A DNA stretch of 64,000 bases from Candidatus Eremiobacteria bacterium (lineage in GTDB: Bacteria > Vulcanimicrobiota > Vulcanimicrobiia > Vulcanimicrobiales > Vulcanimicrobiaceae). The position numbers and the translations under genes are program-made. How positions within the stretch are numbered: position 1 is the first letter of the stretch; every line of letters begins with the position of its first letter. The notes under the pieces are model-generated. The model did no database searches. It was given only the letters and a program-made list of their open reading frames with translations, and was not told the DNA's origin. Below are positions 1-9,605 of this stretch, piece by piece. Location of the stretch: contig CAVWUU010000003.1 in NCBI GenBank assembly GCA_963758295.1, positions 96,001 to 160,000 of the forward strand. The letters run 5' to 3'.

Positions 1-939
1 ACGCAATTCCGGCGTTTCGCAGCGTATAAGTACTTGTGGGTCGTGGGATCGCTCGTGCTCTTCGTCTTGCTGATTATTTTCGGACAAGAAGTAAATGGCG
101 CGAAACTCTGGATCAAACTGGGTCCGATTCAGTACGAGCCGATCGAACTGATCAAGCTGTTCATCGTATTCTTCCTGGCGGCGTATCTCGCCGAAACAGC
201 CGACGTCATTGCGGCGGCGCGGCCGTGGTCCGTGCGCGCGAATTTAAAGTATCTCGGTCCGCTGTTTTTAGGCTGGGGCGCTTCGATGGCGATCCTCGTG
301 TTGCAGCGCGATCTCGGTATGGCCACCTTGCTGCTGGCAACCTTTGCGGCGCTGCTGTACGTGGCGACACGGCGCTTGGATATCGTGATCGGCGGTATAG
401 CGATCTTCGCGCTTGCGGCGTTCTGGGCGGTGCACCACTATCCGTACGTGCAAACCCGTATCGCGGTATGGCGCGATCCGTTCAGCGATCCTCTCGGTTC
501 GGGGTATCAGTCCTCGCAAGCGTATTACGGTATCGCGGCGGGCGGGTTGTTCGGGACGGGATTCCAGCTCGGCCATCCGCGCTTCATTCCCGATGTGGCG
601 ACGGACTATATTTACGCCGCCTTTTGCGAAGAGTTCGGGTTCATCGGCGCGCTCGCGGTACTCGGCATTTTTCTGGCGCTCGTACGGCGCATTTTCGCGG
701 TCGGAACGGAACAGCCGGATCTCTATTCAAAACTTCTGGCGGCAGGCATGGCGGCCACACTGGGCTTTCAAATCTTCATTATCGTCGGCGGCGTTATCGG
801 CGTCTTTCCGCTTACCGGTATCACGCTGCCGTTCATGTCGTACGGCGGCAGTTCACTCGTCGCTAACTTCTTGCTCGTCGCGCTCGTATGGGCGATGAGC
901 GGCCGCGTATGCGCACCGCTTCGCTCTCCGTCGTCATAA
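1..939 (+). CDS. FtsW/RodA/SpoVE family (SEDS) peptidoglycan polymerase, 5'-truncated by window
   Basis: Frame is open from base 1. Motifs GAKLWI..EPIELIK, QRDLG, TDYIYAAFCEEFGF and PLTGITLPFMSYGGSSL are typical of SEDS proteins. Confidence 0.93.
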   Translation, partial: TQFRRFAAYKYLWVVGSLVLFVLLIIFGQEVNGAKLWIKLGPIQYEPIELIKLFIVFFLAAYLAETADVIAAARPWSVRANLKYLGPLFLGWGASMAILVLQRDLGMATLLLATFAALLYVATRRLDIVIGGIAIFALAAFWAVHHYPYVQTRIAVWRDPFSDPLGSGYQSSQAYYGIAAGGLFGTGFQLGHPRFIPDVATDYIYAAFCEEFGFIGALAVLGIFLALVRRIFAVGTEQPDLYSKLLAAGMAATLGFQIFIIVGGVIGVFPLTGITLPFMSYGGSSLVANFLLVALVWAMSGRVCAPLRSPSS

Positions 940-1709
940 TCGTTCTCGCGCTCGCTTCGATCGTCGCGGGCTACCTGGGCGGGCAAGCGACGTCGCATCC
1001 GCCGGCCATCGTTTCGCTGCGCGCGACGGCGCTTCCAAGCAACGCGCCCGTAACGGCCGCCAACCTTTCGAACGTGATGCGACGCGTCTCGGACAGCGCG
1101 GTCGTAGACTCGTTTTCAAGCGACGACGTCGTCGTTCAGCGCGACCGGCTAACGTTGCGCAATTGGGCGAAGCCGAGGCTTTCGTTCGTTGTCGGTCTGA
1201 CCGGCAATTCGGCGATCGTAGAATCCCAATTCTTACGGCTCGGCATTCCGATGGCATTTGACGTAGATCCGTCGGCGGCCGAGGCGCCCGCGATAGCCAA
1301 GCTCGTGCGCACCAGCGGTAACGTCTTGTTCGTGCACGTGGGCTCGGCACCCGATGCGGCAAGCTTGCGCCATTTCAAAGACCGGCTTGGTACATTCGAC
1401 GGAATTGCGTCGCGAGTTACCGGCGGCATGCCGGCCGCTTTGCGAGGAACCGGACTGACGTTCTTCGATGAAGAAGGCGACGCCGCGGCCTTTCTATTTG
1501 CCAAATCGCGGGTAACGCTCGTTCAACGGGATGTAACGATCGATAATCGAACGTCTCAAACGTATATTTTCTATATGCTCGATCGTGCCGCGTTACAAGC
1601 GCGCGGTGAAGGGCGGCTTGTCGTATTCATGCGGCCGCAACCCAATACGCTTGATGCGCTCGATCGTTTCTTGAACACCGCACCGGCCGAAATCGCCGCC
1701 TTGCGTTAA
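909..1709 (+). CDS. Divergent polysaccharide deacetylase (YibQ/DUF610-like) with N-terminal membrane anchor
   Basis: N-terminal hydrophobic helix; QRDVTIDN resembles the family RDVFLDN motif; LTFFD and C-terminal RPxxNT. ATG at 909 overlaps the end of the SEDS gene. Confidence 0.7.
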   Translation: MRTASLSVVIIVLALASIVAGYLGGQATSHPPAIVSLRATALPSNAPVTAANLSNVMRRVSDSAVVDSFSSDDVVVQRDRLTLRNWAKPRLSFVVGLTGNSAIVESQFLRLGIPMAFDVDPSAAEAPAIAKLVRTSGNVLFVHVGSAPDAASLRHFKDRLGTFDGIASRVTGGMPAALRGTGLTFFDEEGDAAAFLFAKSRVTLVQRDVTIDNRTSQTYIFYMLDRAALQARGEGRLVVFMRPQPNTLDALDRFLNTAPAEIAALR

Positions 1710-1785
1710 CGTTTCGCAGGCCATGCCGTTCGCGTCCGCGTACTGGCCGGAAAAGGAAATTCGGAGGAGTGAAAGGAGCGTCCCA

Positions 1786-2283
1786 ATGACTCGCATCAGC
1801 AAGGTTGGGCTAGTCGGATTAGCAGTAGTTTTTGCGCTTTCCGCGTGTTCCAAGGGCAGCCAAACCAGCAGTACCAGCACGACAACGACCGAGACGAGCG
1901 CCGCGCCGGAAGCGTCCTCGACCGTGGCCGCAACGGCCGGCGGTGAAATGGCAGCCGGTAATGCCGGCGACGGCGCCAAGATTTATCAAACGAATTGTTC
2001 GAGTTGCCATCAGGCAACGGGACAAGGCGTACCCGGCACGTTTCCGCCTCTTGCCGGAAATCCGGTTGTCCAGGGCGATGCTAAAACCGTCATTCACATC
2101 ATCAAGTACGGCCTCAACGGCAAAGTCGCCGTGCACGGAGCGACGTATAACGGTATGATGCCCGCGTGGGGGACGCAGCTCTCCAATGCCGACATTGCCT
2201 CCGTTGCAACGTACGTGCGCTCTTCGTGGGGGAACAAAGCTTCAGCGATCAGCGAAGCGCAAGTAAAGGCCGTTTCGAAGTAA
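1786..2283 (+). CDS. Monoheme c-type cytochrome, lipoprotein
   Basis: GAAAGGAG RBS; lipobox ALSAC; Ser/Thr linker; CSSCH heme motif; GTFPPLAG and distal MMP ligand region. Confidence 0.92.
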   Translation: MTRISKVGLVGLAVVFALSACSKGSQTSSTSTTTTETSAAPEASSTVAATAGGEMAAGNAGDGAKIYQTNCSSCHQATGQGVPGTFPPLAGNPVVQGDAKTVIHIIKYGLNGKVAVHGATYNGMMPAWGTQLSNADIASVATYVRSSWGNKASAISEAQVKAVSK

Positions 2284-2290
2284 ATCGAAT

Positions 2291-3070
2291 TTAGCTGAAG
2301 CGGACGGTGGTCATCGAAATCGAGCCGCCGTCCATGCCTTCCACGGGAAACGTTACGCGATCGCTCTCATCGGATGCGCCCAGAACGTAGAGAAGTGGAA
2401 GATAGTGATCGGGAGTCGGCGCCGATAGCATCGCGTCGTCACCGAGCGATTCATAATCGATCAAGGGATCAAAATTGCGCGCGAGCAACAGCTCGCGCGC
2501 TGTTTTTTCAAAGCGAACCGCCCAATCGAACGGCTCCGCGGGATGCCTCCCCCACGCATAGGCATGCAGGTTATGGATCAGATTGCCGCTCGCCGCAATC
2601 AGCACGCCTTCATCGCGTAAGGGGCGCAAACGTGTGCCGAGTTCGTAGTGATAAATAGGATCCTTCGTCTCGTCGATGCTGAGCTGCACGACCGGAACAT
2701 CGGCGTTCGGATAAGCATGAACCAGCACGGACCACGCTCCGTGGTCCAGGCCCCAGCGCGAATCCGGAACGGCCGCTGCCGGAGAAAGCAATTCGATGAC
2801 CCGGTCGACCAAAGCGCGATCGCCCGGTGCCGGATACTCGACTTCGTACAACGGCCGCGGAAAACCGCCGAAATCGTGAATCGTGCGAGGCCGCTCGTTG
2901 TTCGTGAGCATGGTTCCGGGCACGTACCAGTGCGCCGAAACCATAAGAATCGCTCGCGGCTTTTCGAACGATTCACCGATTTGGCGCCACGCCCGCGTGT
3001 AGGCGTTTTCATCGATGGCGTTCATAGGATTGCCATGTCCGAAGAAAATCGCCGGCATGCGTTGCGTCAT
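2291..3070 (-). CDS. ygiD: 4,5-DOPA extradiol dioxygenase (LigB family)
   Basis: MPAIFFGHGNPMNA, SAHW, TIHDFGGFP, WGLDHGAW, SGNLIHNL, PTPDHYLPLLY. Confidence 0.93.
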   Translation of the reverse strand: MTQRMPAIFFGHGNPMNAIDENAYTRAWRQIGESFEKPRAILMVSAHWYVPGTMLTNNERPRTIHDFGGFPRPLYEVEYPAPGDRALVDRVIELLSPAAAVPDSRWGLDHGAWSVLVHAYPNADVPVVQLSIDETKDPIYHYELGTRLRPLRDEGVLIAASGNLIHNLHAYAWGRHPAEPFDWAVRFEKTARELLLARNFDPLIDYESLGDDAMLSAPTPDHYLPLLYVLGASDESDRVTFPVEGMDGGSISMTTVRFS

Positions 3071-3161
3071 CTACCAATGCTCCCCATGCCTTCGTCGAAG
3101 GAAACCGCCTCGAAATGCCCATTCGCCACGGCGGAGGATTCTCGTGAATCTTTGACGGTCG

Positions 3162-4568
3162 TTAGAGCTTGCAGATCGTAACGCTGAGCGTGGTGGAGCG
3201 CGGTTTAGGATTTTGCGGGTCGCTGTAATCGGTGATGAAGCGTTTATCTTCGGTTGCCGTGATGGAACACGTTCCGGATCCGGTCGGCTTTATGTCTAGT
3301 TCCGCGTTCGGACCGATGGCGAAGCCGGCGTTGTCGGTATATCCCGGCGGCGCGTCGTTGTACGAGCCGGCACGCGTCTCGATCGTGCACGGACCTTGCA
3401 GCGTCATATGAAAGACGCCGTCCCAAGGCACCGGCGCCGCCGGCGTACCCGGCTTGTACGTCGGGTCGTCAGCAATGAGCACGTGGAAGTTTTCGCGATC
3501 GCCTACTCTGCTCTGCGGCGGCCCCTGAGGATTGTTGCCGACGGCGTTGCAATCGATGCTCTCTTTCGCCGTAACGCAGCTGCGTAAATCTTGAACGTTC
3601 CCTGCAATGAAATTGTCGTACGTCGCCGGGACGGAGAATTGCGGGACGTTGCACGAGTTGTCGAGCGTGCATTCGAAGCCTTGCGCGGCCCCGTCCGGCT
3701 CAAAAACCGCGCGATCCGGTTTCGGCTTAACGATGTCGAACGTGACGGTTTGCCCGAATTGAATCGATCCCCCGTTGGCCGGCGTGATGTGACAGAAAAA
3801 CGATGGAATGCCGACGAGCGGCACGCCTTGGAGTGCGGGGTCGAGCATTCCGGTCGAAGTAAACGCGTTGAAACAACCCACCGAATACGTCGAAACACCG
3901 GAAGACGAGCTGTAGGTGAACTGCAAACCGCTGGGAAGGTTCGGCGCGTTCGCCGTGAGGTTGGTCGTTGAACCCGGCGCGACGGGGAAAGCGACGTCCG
4001 AAGTAGACTTTTCCGGCAAAACGGCGATTTGCGACGTGGTCAACGGCGCCAGCACGATATCCTTTACGACCGCTTTGAAGACGAGCTTTCGTCCGTCGAC
4101 GGTCGCATCGCCCAATTTAATGGGCGAGACGACTTGCGGCTGAGGAACGACTTGATAGAAGCTTGCGCCGAAGAGCGGGTTTTCCGGCGTGCAATGCAGC
4201 GTGACTTTGAAGCTGTCGATATCGATCGTTATGGGAAACGGAAACGGGTTGCGCAGCCGAATCGCGGGGACCGGCGGACACGTGGGCTTCTCGTGCATCG
4301 TTGTCAGGCGCGGCGATCGGCTCGTCGCGGCCAGGTCCGAATAGAAGCCGATTGCGGACGAGGGCAGCGCGGTGTTCGATCGGATGGAGATCGTCGCACT
4401 CGTTCCGTCCGTCGCGCTCACGGCGTACGAATGACGGATGCCGCCTTGCGCGGATTGCGCCTGTTCTGTCTGCGTTTGCGGACCGATGGCGTTTGAGCCG
4501 CTGCCGCAAGACGCGGCCAACGGCAGAAGAGCGGCAAGAACGAAGGCGCGATATCGATAGCACAGCAT
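3162..4568 (-). CDS. Hypothetical lipoprotein, beta-rich with several Cys
   Basis: 468-aa ORF; lipobox LAASC followed by a Gly/Ser/Gln linker; no recognisable catalytic motif. Confidence 0.7.
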   Translation of the reverse strand: MLCYRYRAFVLAALLPLAASCGSGSNAIGPQTQTEQAQSAQGGIRHSYAVSATDGTSATISIRSNTALPSSAIGFYSDLAATSRSPRLTTMHEKPTCPPVPAIRLRNPFPFPITIDIDSFKVTLHCTPENPLFGASFYQVVPQPQVVSPIKLGDATVDGRKLVFKAVVKDIVLAPLTTSQIAVLPEKSTSDVAFPVAPGSTTNLTANAPNLPSGLQFTYSSSSGVSTYSVGCFNAFTSTGMLDPALQGVPLVGIPSFFCHITPANGGSIQFGQTVTFDIVKPKPDRAVFEPDGAAQGFECTLDNSCNVPQFSVPATYDNFIAGNVQDLRSCVTAKESIDCNAVGNNPQGPPQSRVGDRENFHVLIADDPTYKPGTPAAPVPWDGVFHMTLQGPCTIETRAGSYNDAPPGYTDNAGFAIGPNAELDIKPTGSGTCSITATEDKRFITDYSDPQNPKPRSTTLSVTICKL

Positions 4569-4661
4569 AGCCGTAACCTAACAGCGGTCCCGCGAGCGCC
4601 TCTAGAGGCTTTCGTCCCAGTTTTGTTGCTTTGGCGCTCGCGGCAAGTCATAATTAGCCCG

Positions 4662-7472
4662 ATGGACATGGTCGCCGCTGTTCCGCAGCAAGCGGAAGAG
4701 CGTGTGCTTCCTTCCGGCAATGTCACGTTTCTATTTACGGATATTGTCGGCAGCACGGTGCGCTGGGAGAGCGATCCGGAGACGATGCGTCTGGACGTTC
4801 GCCGGCATGATATTCTCCTGCGCCGAGCGATCGAGTCGAACGGCGGGGTTGTCTTTAAAACGGTCGGCGACGCGTTTTGCGCCGCTTTTTCGGAGTTGCA
4901 AAATGCCATGCGCGCCGCAATCGACGCGCAACTCGCCATTTCGGACGAACGCTTTTCTTGCGACGGCGGCATTTCCGTTCGTATGGCGCTTCACGCCGGC
5001 AACGCCGAAGAGCGCGATTCCGATTACTTCGGTCCTACGTTGAATCGCATTGCCCGGTTGCTTGCAATCGGGCACGGCGGGCAGATTTTGCTCTCGAACG
5101 CGGTTGTCGAGTCTGCCGGCGGTGCATATCCCTGCGGCGGCAGCGCGCGCGATCTCGGCTTTCACCGGCTGAAAGACCTGACGGCAGCCGAACACGTGTT
5201 TCAGTTGCACGTTCCCGAGCTTATTTCCGAATTCGAACCGCTCCGATCGCTGAACTATCTCAGTAATAATCTCCCCGAGCAGACAACGAGTTTCGTGGGG
5301 CGCGAAGAAGACGTTGCGGAGATTCGCTTACTCGTGCAGCAGCATCGTTTAGTTACCTTAAGCGGAGCGGGCGGCATCGGAAAAACGCGGTGTGCGCTTC
5401 AGGCGGGCGCGGAATTACTGGAAGAGTATGCTGACGGCGTCTGGTTTATCGACCTCGCGCCGGTTCGCGATCCCATGTTGGTAGCCGGCACGATCGGGCG
5501 CGTCTTCGAATTACGCGAGACCCCGAACCAATCGCTTTACGACATGTTGACGCACCATCTGAAGAACAAGCAGTTGCTGCTAATCTTCGATAACTGCGAG
5601 CAAGTGGTAACCGAGGCTTCGCGGATCGCGGCGTCATTGTTGCGCGAATGTCCGGATGTTCGCATTCTTTCGACGAGCCGTGAGGCGCTCAACCTTAGCG
5701 GGGAAAAGCTGCATCGAATTCCGTCGCTTTGCGTGCCGCCCGTCGAAGCGAAGGCCCTGACGGCATTGACGGCGCTTGGATACAGCGCCGTCGCGCTTTT
5801 TGAGACTCGCGCTCAAAATGCAAATCCGCTCTTTACCGTGCGCGATGCAAACGCCGGCATCATCGCGCAGATCTGTCGCCGGCTCGATGGAATTCCGCTA
5901 GCGATCGAACTGGCCGCGGCTCGCCTACGCGTGCTCGGGCCCGTGCAACTCCTGGAGAAGCTGAACGAACGCTTCCGTGTGCTCGCCGGTGGAGATCGCA
6001 CGGCACTCCCGCGTCAGCAAACGATGCGCGCGCTGATTGACTGGAGCTACGATCTTTTGTGCGAACGGGAGCAATGGGTTTTCCAACAGATTTCGATCTT
6101 TGCCGACGGTTTCACGATCGAAACTGCGGCCGGCGTGTGCGCGAATGACGAGCTTGACGAACTCGACCTGCTGGACGTTCTGCAATCGCTGTGCGATAAA
6201 TCCCTGATGCTCGCCGAGCCGCAGTGCGAAACGATGCGGTACCGCCTGCTCGAGTCGATGAGCGCTTACGGCCGCGAAAAACTCGCGGCTTCGGGCAACG
6301 CAAATGACGCGGCGCAACGCCACGCCGAAACGTTCGCGCAATTCGTCGAACGGCTCGAAGATCAACGCGACACCTTGACGCCGCGCGAATGGCTCATGCA
6401 GGGCGAGGCCGAGATCGAGAATTTGCGCGCGGCACTGACGTTCTCGTTCTCCGGGAAGGGCAATCCGCTCGAGGGCCAACGGATCGCGGCCGTGCTCCCG
6501 CGCATCTTCGGTGTCCTCGCGGCAACCGAAGGTCTGCGATGGGTTCATACCGCGATCCAACGAGTGACCGAGGCCACGCCGCGTGAGGTCGTCGCCGGGC
6601 TTGAACTGGCGCACGCAAGCCTTGCGTCCGTGTTCAATCAGTTCGGCAACGCCCTTTCGGCGGCTCAACGCGCGCTGGATACGTACATCGCGCTGGATCG
6701 CGCGGCAGGCGTCGCCGATGCATTGCGCCTTGCGGGCCGGTCGCTTGTCTATCTCGGGCGGGTCGAGGAAGGTGAAAATTTGCTGCAAGAAGCGCTGAAT
6801 AATCGCCGCGCCGGCGGCTCTTCGCGCATCGGAAGCATTCTCGCCGACCTTGCGGTGGCGCGCGCATATCAGAACGATTTGCCGGGTGCCCGAACGCTCT
6901 TTGCGCGCGCTTCGGCAATGTACGAGGAGCGCGAAGACATCTCGAAGATCGCGGTAACCGCCGCCACGTTGGCCGAAGCCGAATTTTCCGGCGGAAATGC
7001 GCGTGAAGCCGTGCGGCTTGCCGAAAATGCGTTGGCGAGCGCGCGGATGTTGGGACGCTTCCGCACGGCCGAGGTCATCTTGGGAAATCTCGCCGCGTAC
7101 AACATTGAGCTGGGTGAATATGCTGCCGCTCGCGCTTCCGCTTGTGAAGCGCTGGAGATTTCGCAGACTCAAACCGACGCGATCTCGGTCGTCTTCGGCA
7201 TTCAACATCTGGCGGCGGTGGCAGCGCTCAGCGCTTGGGACGACGACGAAACAGCGATCGAACAACGAGTGCGCGCCGCCCGTCTGCTGGGCTTCGTCCA
7301 AAGGCGCCTTGCCGTTCTGGAAGTCGAACGCGAATACACCGAACAGTGCGGATACACGAAACTGCTAGCCGCCTTGTGCGACCTTTTTGAGCCCGAAGAT
7401 CTTCAGCCGCTCATGGACGACGGCGCCGGTTGGAGCGAAGAAAAGGCCCTGTCGGAGGCATTTCGCATTTGA
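4662..7472 (+). CDS. Class III adenylate/guanylate cyclase fused to STAND (NB-ARC-like) ATPase and TPR-like repeats
   Basis: Cyclase motifs FTDIVGST, KTVGDAF, DYFGPTLNRIARL; Walker A GAGGIGKT; LLIFDNCE; LDGIPLAIELAAAR; helical repeat C-terminus. Start codon uncertain (4623-4668). Confidence 0.9.
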   Translation: MDMVAAVPQQAEERVLPSGNVTFLFTDIVGSTVRWESDPETMRLDVRRHDILLRRAIESNGGVVFKTVGDAFCAAFSELQNAMRAAIDAQLAISDERFSCDGGISVRMALHAGNAEERDSDYFGPTLNRIARLLAIGHGGQILLSNAVVESAGGAYPCGGSARDLGFHRLKDLTAAEHVFQLHVPELISEFEPLRSLNYLSNNLPEQTTSFVGREEDVAEIRLLVQQHRLVTLSGAGGIGKTRCALQAGAELLEEYADGVWFIDLAPVRDPMLVAGTIGRVFELRETPNQSLYDMLTHHLKNKQLLLIFDNCEQVVTEASRIAASLLRECPDVRILSTSREALNLSGEKLHRIPSLCVPPVEAKALTALTALGYSAVALFETRAQNANPLFTVRDANAGIIAQICRRLDGIPLAIELAAARLRVLGPVQLLEKLNERFRVLAGGDRTALPRQQTMRALIDWSYDLLCEREQWVFQQISIFADGFTIETAAGVCANDELDELDLLDVLQSLCDKSLMLAEPQCETMRYRLLESMSAYGREKLAASGNANDAAQRHAETFAQFVERLEDQRDTLTPREWLMQGEAEIENLRAALTFSFSGKGNPLEGQRIAAVLPRIFGVLAATEGLRWVHTAIQRVTEATPREVVAGLELAHASLASVFNQFGNALSAAQRALDTYIALDRAAGVADALRLAGRSLVYLGRVEEGENLLQEALNNRRAGGSSRIGSILADLAVARAYQNDLPGARTLFARASAMYEEREDISKIAVTAATLAEAEFSGGNAREAVRLAENALASARMLGRFRTAEVILGNLAAYNIELGEYAAARASACEALEISQTQTDAISVVFGIQHLAAVAALSAWDDDETAIEQRVRAARLLGFVQRRLAVLEVEREYTEQCGYTKLLAALCDLFEPEDLQPLMDDGAGWSEEKALSEAFRI

Positions 7473-8728
7473 GCGAAGACCGGCGTGCGGTCGCGCGGGT
7501 GCGGCCGCACAACCCGATGCCGGAATCGCGCTTCGAAGTCCTCGCGTTATTTACCGGTGCGATGGTTGGCGCATCGCTTTTCTTGATGGCTACGGGCCCG
7601 CTGCTGCCGTTTCTCGGCGCGGCGTTTCACCTGAGCCAAACGCAACTCGGCCTCGTGCTTTCGGTGCAGATGAGCGGCTCCGTCTTAATGACTGCTGTCG
7701 CGGGCATGTTGACGGATCGCTTCGGCGATAAAGCGCTCGTACTCTGGACGGGCGTATTCATGGGCATCTCGCTCATTGCTGCGGCGTTCGTGCACGACTT
7801 CGGCTGGGTGCTTTTCTGGCTGCTGATGTACGGGATCGGTTTTGCGGCCGTGACGCCTTCGGGAAGTCACGCAATCATCTACTTTTTCAAGAAAAAAGAA
7901 CGCGGCTTGGCTATGGGCATCCGTCAGTGCGGCGTGCCCGCCGCGGGCGTTCTCGGCTCCATTCTGCTTCCGGCTGTAGCGGCGCGGTGGCACTACGATG
8001 CGGCTTTCATCGTCGCCGGTGTCGCAACCATCGTTTCGTGTTGTGCAGCATCGCTCTTATACCGCGAGCCCGTGGAGCTGGAAGGCGAACGCGTTTCCGT
8101 AAACGCGATGTTCGCCGAAATGGCCGTCATGGTTCGCAATGTGCGACTGCTTTTGCTCACGCTCACGTCCATGGGGCTGGTGTGCGGCCAGGTCGCCGTA
8201 ATGGCGTTTTTAACGCTGACGCTCGTTCGCGAAACGACAATAGGGCTTTTCGCTTGCGTGAGTCTCTTCACGCTTTCGCAATTCGCGGCCATCGGAGGCC
8301 GAATTTTCTGGGGATGGAGCAGCGATAAGCTTTTCGCCGGTAGCCGCGCACTGCCGCTCGGGGCCGTCGGCGTTCTTACCGGGCTGCTCGCGCTTTGCAC
8401 GTCATTTATCAGTCCGGTGACCGCCGCTTGGATTCTCGCAGTCCTAGCCGCCCTGCTAGGGTTCAGCGCCGAGGGATGGTTTGGCGTAGCGGTACTCGCA
8501 ATCGCCGAGGTCGGAGGAGAAGAGCACAGTGGAAGTGCTCTCGGCGCAGCGCTGACGTTCATTTTCATTGCCGGTTGTCTTGCGCCGATCGTTATCGGCG
8601 CCGTTTCGGAAGTCCACGGTTATGCCTTTGCGTGGCGCGGCGTCGCCTTCGTTCAGGCACTCGCCGTAATTCCGGCACTTTTCGCAACCGCGTATATGCG
8701 GCGCGTTTCGGAGACCGCATCGTCATAG
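7469..8728 (+). CDS. MFS transporter
   Basis: About 12 hydrophobic segments; GMLTDRFG motif A and WGWSSD. Possible TTG start overlapping the upstream TGA; alternative ATG at 7517. Confidence 0.88.
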   Translation: MSEDRRAVARVRPHNPMPESRFEVLALFTGAMVGASLFLMATGPLLPFLGAAFHLSQTQLGLVLSVQMSGSVLMTAVAGMLTDRFGDKALVLWTGVFMGISLIAAAFVHDFGWVLFWLLMYGIGFAAVTPSGSHAIIYFFKKKERGLAMGIRQCGVPAAGVLGSILLPAVAARWHYDAAFIVAGVATIVSCCAASLLYREPVELEGERVSVNAMFAEMAVMVRNVRLLLLTLTSMGLVCGQVAVMAFLTLTLVRETTIGLFACVSLFTLSQFAAIGGRIFWGWSSDKLFAGSRALPLGAVGVLTGLLALCTSFISPVTAAWILAVLAALLGFSAEGWFGVAVLAIAEVGGEEHSGSALGAALTFIFIAGCLAPIVIGAVSEVHGYAFAWRGVAFVQALAVIPALFATAYMRRVSETASS

Positions 8729-8755
8729 CAAAAAAAAGCTCCGCAATGCGAAGCT
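8729..8755 (-). terminator. Probable intrinsic terminator for the 9312-8794 gene
   Basis: Minus strand reads AGCTTCGCA-T-TGCGGAGCT followed by a long T run. Confidence 0.65.
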
Positions 8756-8793
8756 CTTTCAAGTGGAACGATTAACGTGCGTGAGTCTCTTGT

Positions 8794-9312
8794 CTACCGC
8801 ACGGTCACCGACGACGAACTCTTAACCCAAGCCGGAAACTTCTTGTCGGGCGTAATCGTCACGTCTTTGCCCTTAACCATGTTATGTGCGAAAAGCCCGA
8901 GCGGTCCCAACGCGACGGTAGCCGCGATAGTGGCAGTCGAGGCCTTTCCCTTTTCAGCATTGCCGCTCACGCTGCTGTCTTCCGTAAGTCGAATATTCGA
9001 TCCGTCGACGGCATGAATCGTATCGAAGGCGAGCGTTATCTCGCCGGCGCTTTTGCCTTGCGCCTTCGCGGCTTTGACGACGTGGCCGGAGCCGAGTGCG
9101 CCCTTTGCAATGACAACGTGTCCGCCGGCTATGACGGGCGCTGCGGCCTCAAACGCAAACGATTGACCGGCGACGGCGGTGCCTGATGATACCGGCTTCA
9201 AGACATGCACTTGTACCTGCGTTCCGACCGCGACGCTCTGCGTTGCGGCTAATGCCGTTAGCGGCAGAGTAAATGCCAGAAATGCACCGGTAATGGACGA
9301 TAGAATCCTCAT
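8794..9312 (-). CDS. Secreted hypothetical protein (beta-rich, C-terminal GPLGL..KGKD segment)
   Basis: GGAGG RBS upstream of ATG 9312; signal peptide ending in ALA-A. Confidence 0.75.
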   Translation of the reverse strand: MRILSSITGAFLAFTLPLTALAATQSVAVGTQVQVHVLKPVSSGTAVAGQSFAFEAAAPVIAGGHVVIAKGALGSGHVVKAAKAQGKSAGEITLAFDTIHAVDGSNIRLTEDSSVSGNAEKGKASTATIAATVALGPLGLFAHNMVKGKDVTITPDKKFPAWVKSSSSVTVR

Positions 9313-9473
9313 GGTGTTCCTCCAATTCAGCATTACCACGGGACGGAGAACCGAAGAGTCAACAACTACGAGAGATTTGGTACGGTTGATTACCTTCGGT
9401 GGGCTCCCGCCGGATGCCGCTTTCTCCGTTCGGGCAACAGTGCGCTTGCCGGCATCGGAATTACGTCGTCAAC

Positions 9474-9561
9474 GTCGACGCTCGTAAGCGCTCTTTTGTT
9501 GCGCGGGGCCAATGTGAAGTGCGGTCATTGACCTCCACAAACGCACGCAGGCCCTCTCTGC
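9474..9561 (-). pseudogene. Degenerate orphan 3' fragment (copy C) of the HExxH peptidase gene at 12396-11800
   Basis: Translates as EGLRAFVEVNDRTSHWPRATKERLR..VD versus EALRAFVEINDVTSHWPRATKIRLRNVD in the intact gene. Confidence 0.85.
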
Positions 9562-9605
9562 TTCTCGCTGGCGGGTGCTCGCGATAACAGGTCGAAGCGG
9601 CCAAG

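Noticed and set aside
5925..7301. Long antisense or alternate-frame ORFs (e.g. 5925-7301, 28122-29240, 32509-33690)
   Set aside because: Shadow ORFs of well-supported genes, as expected in GC-rich DNA; no independent motifs.
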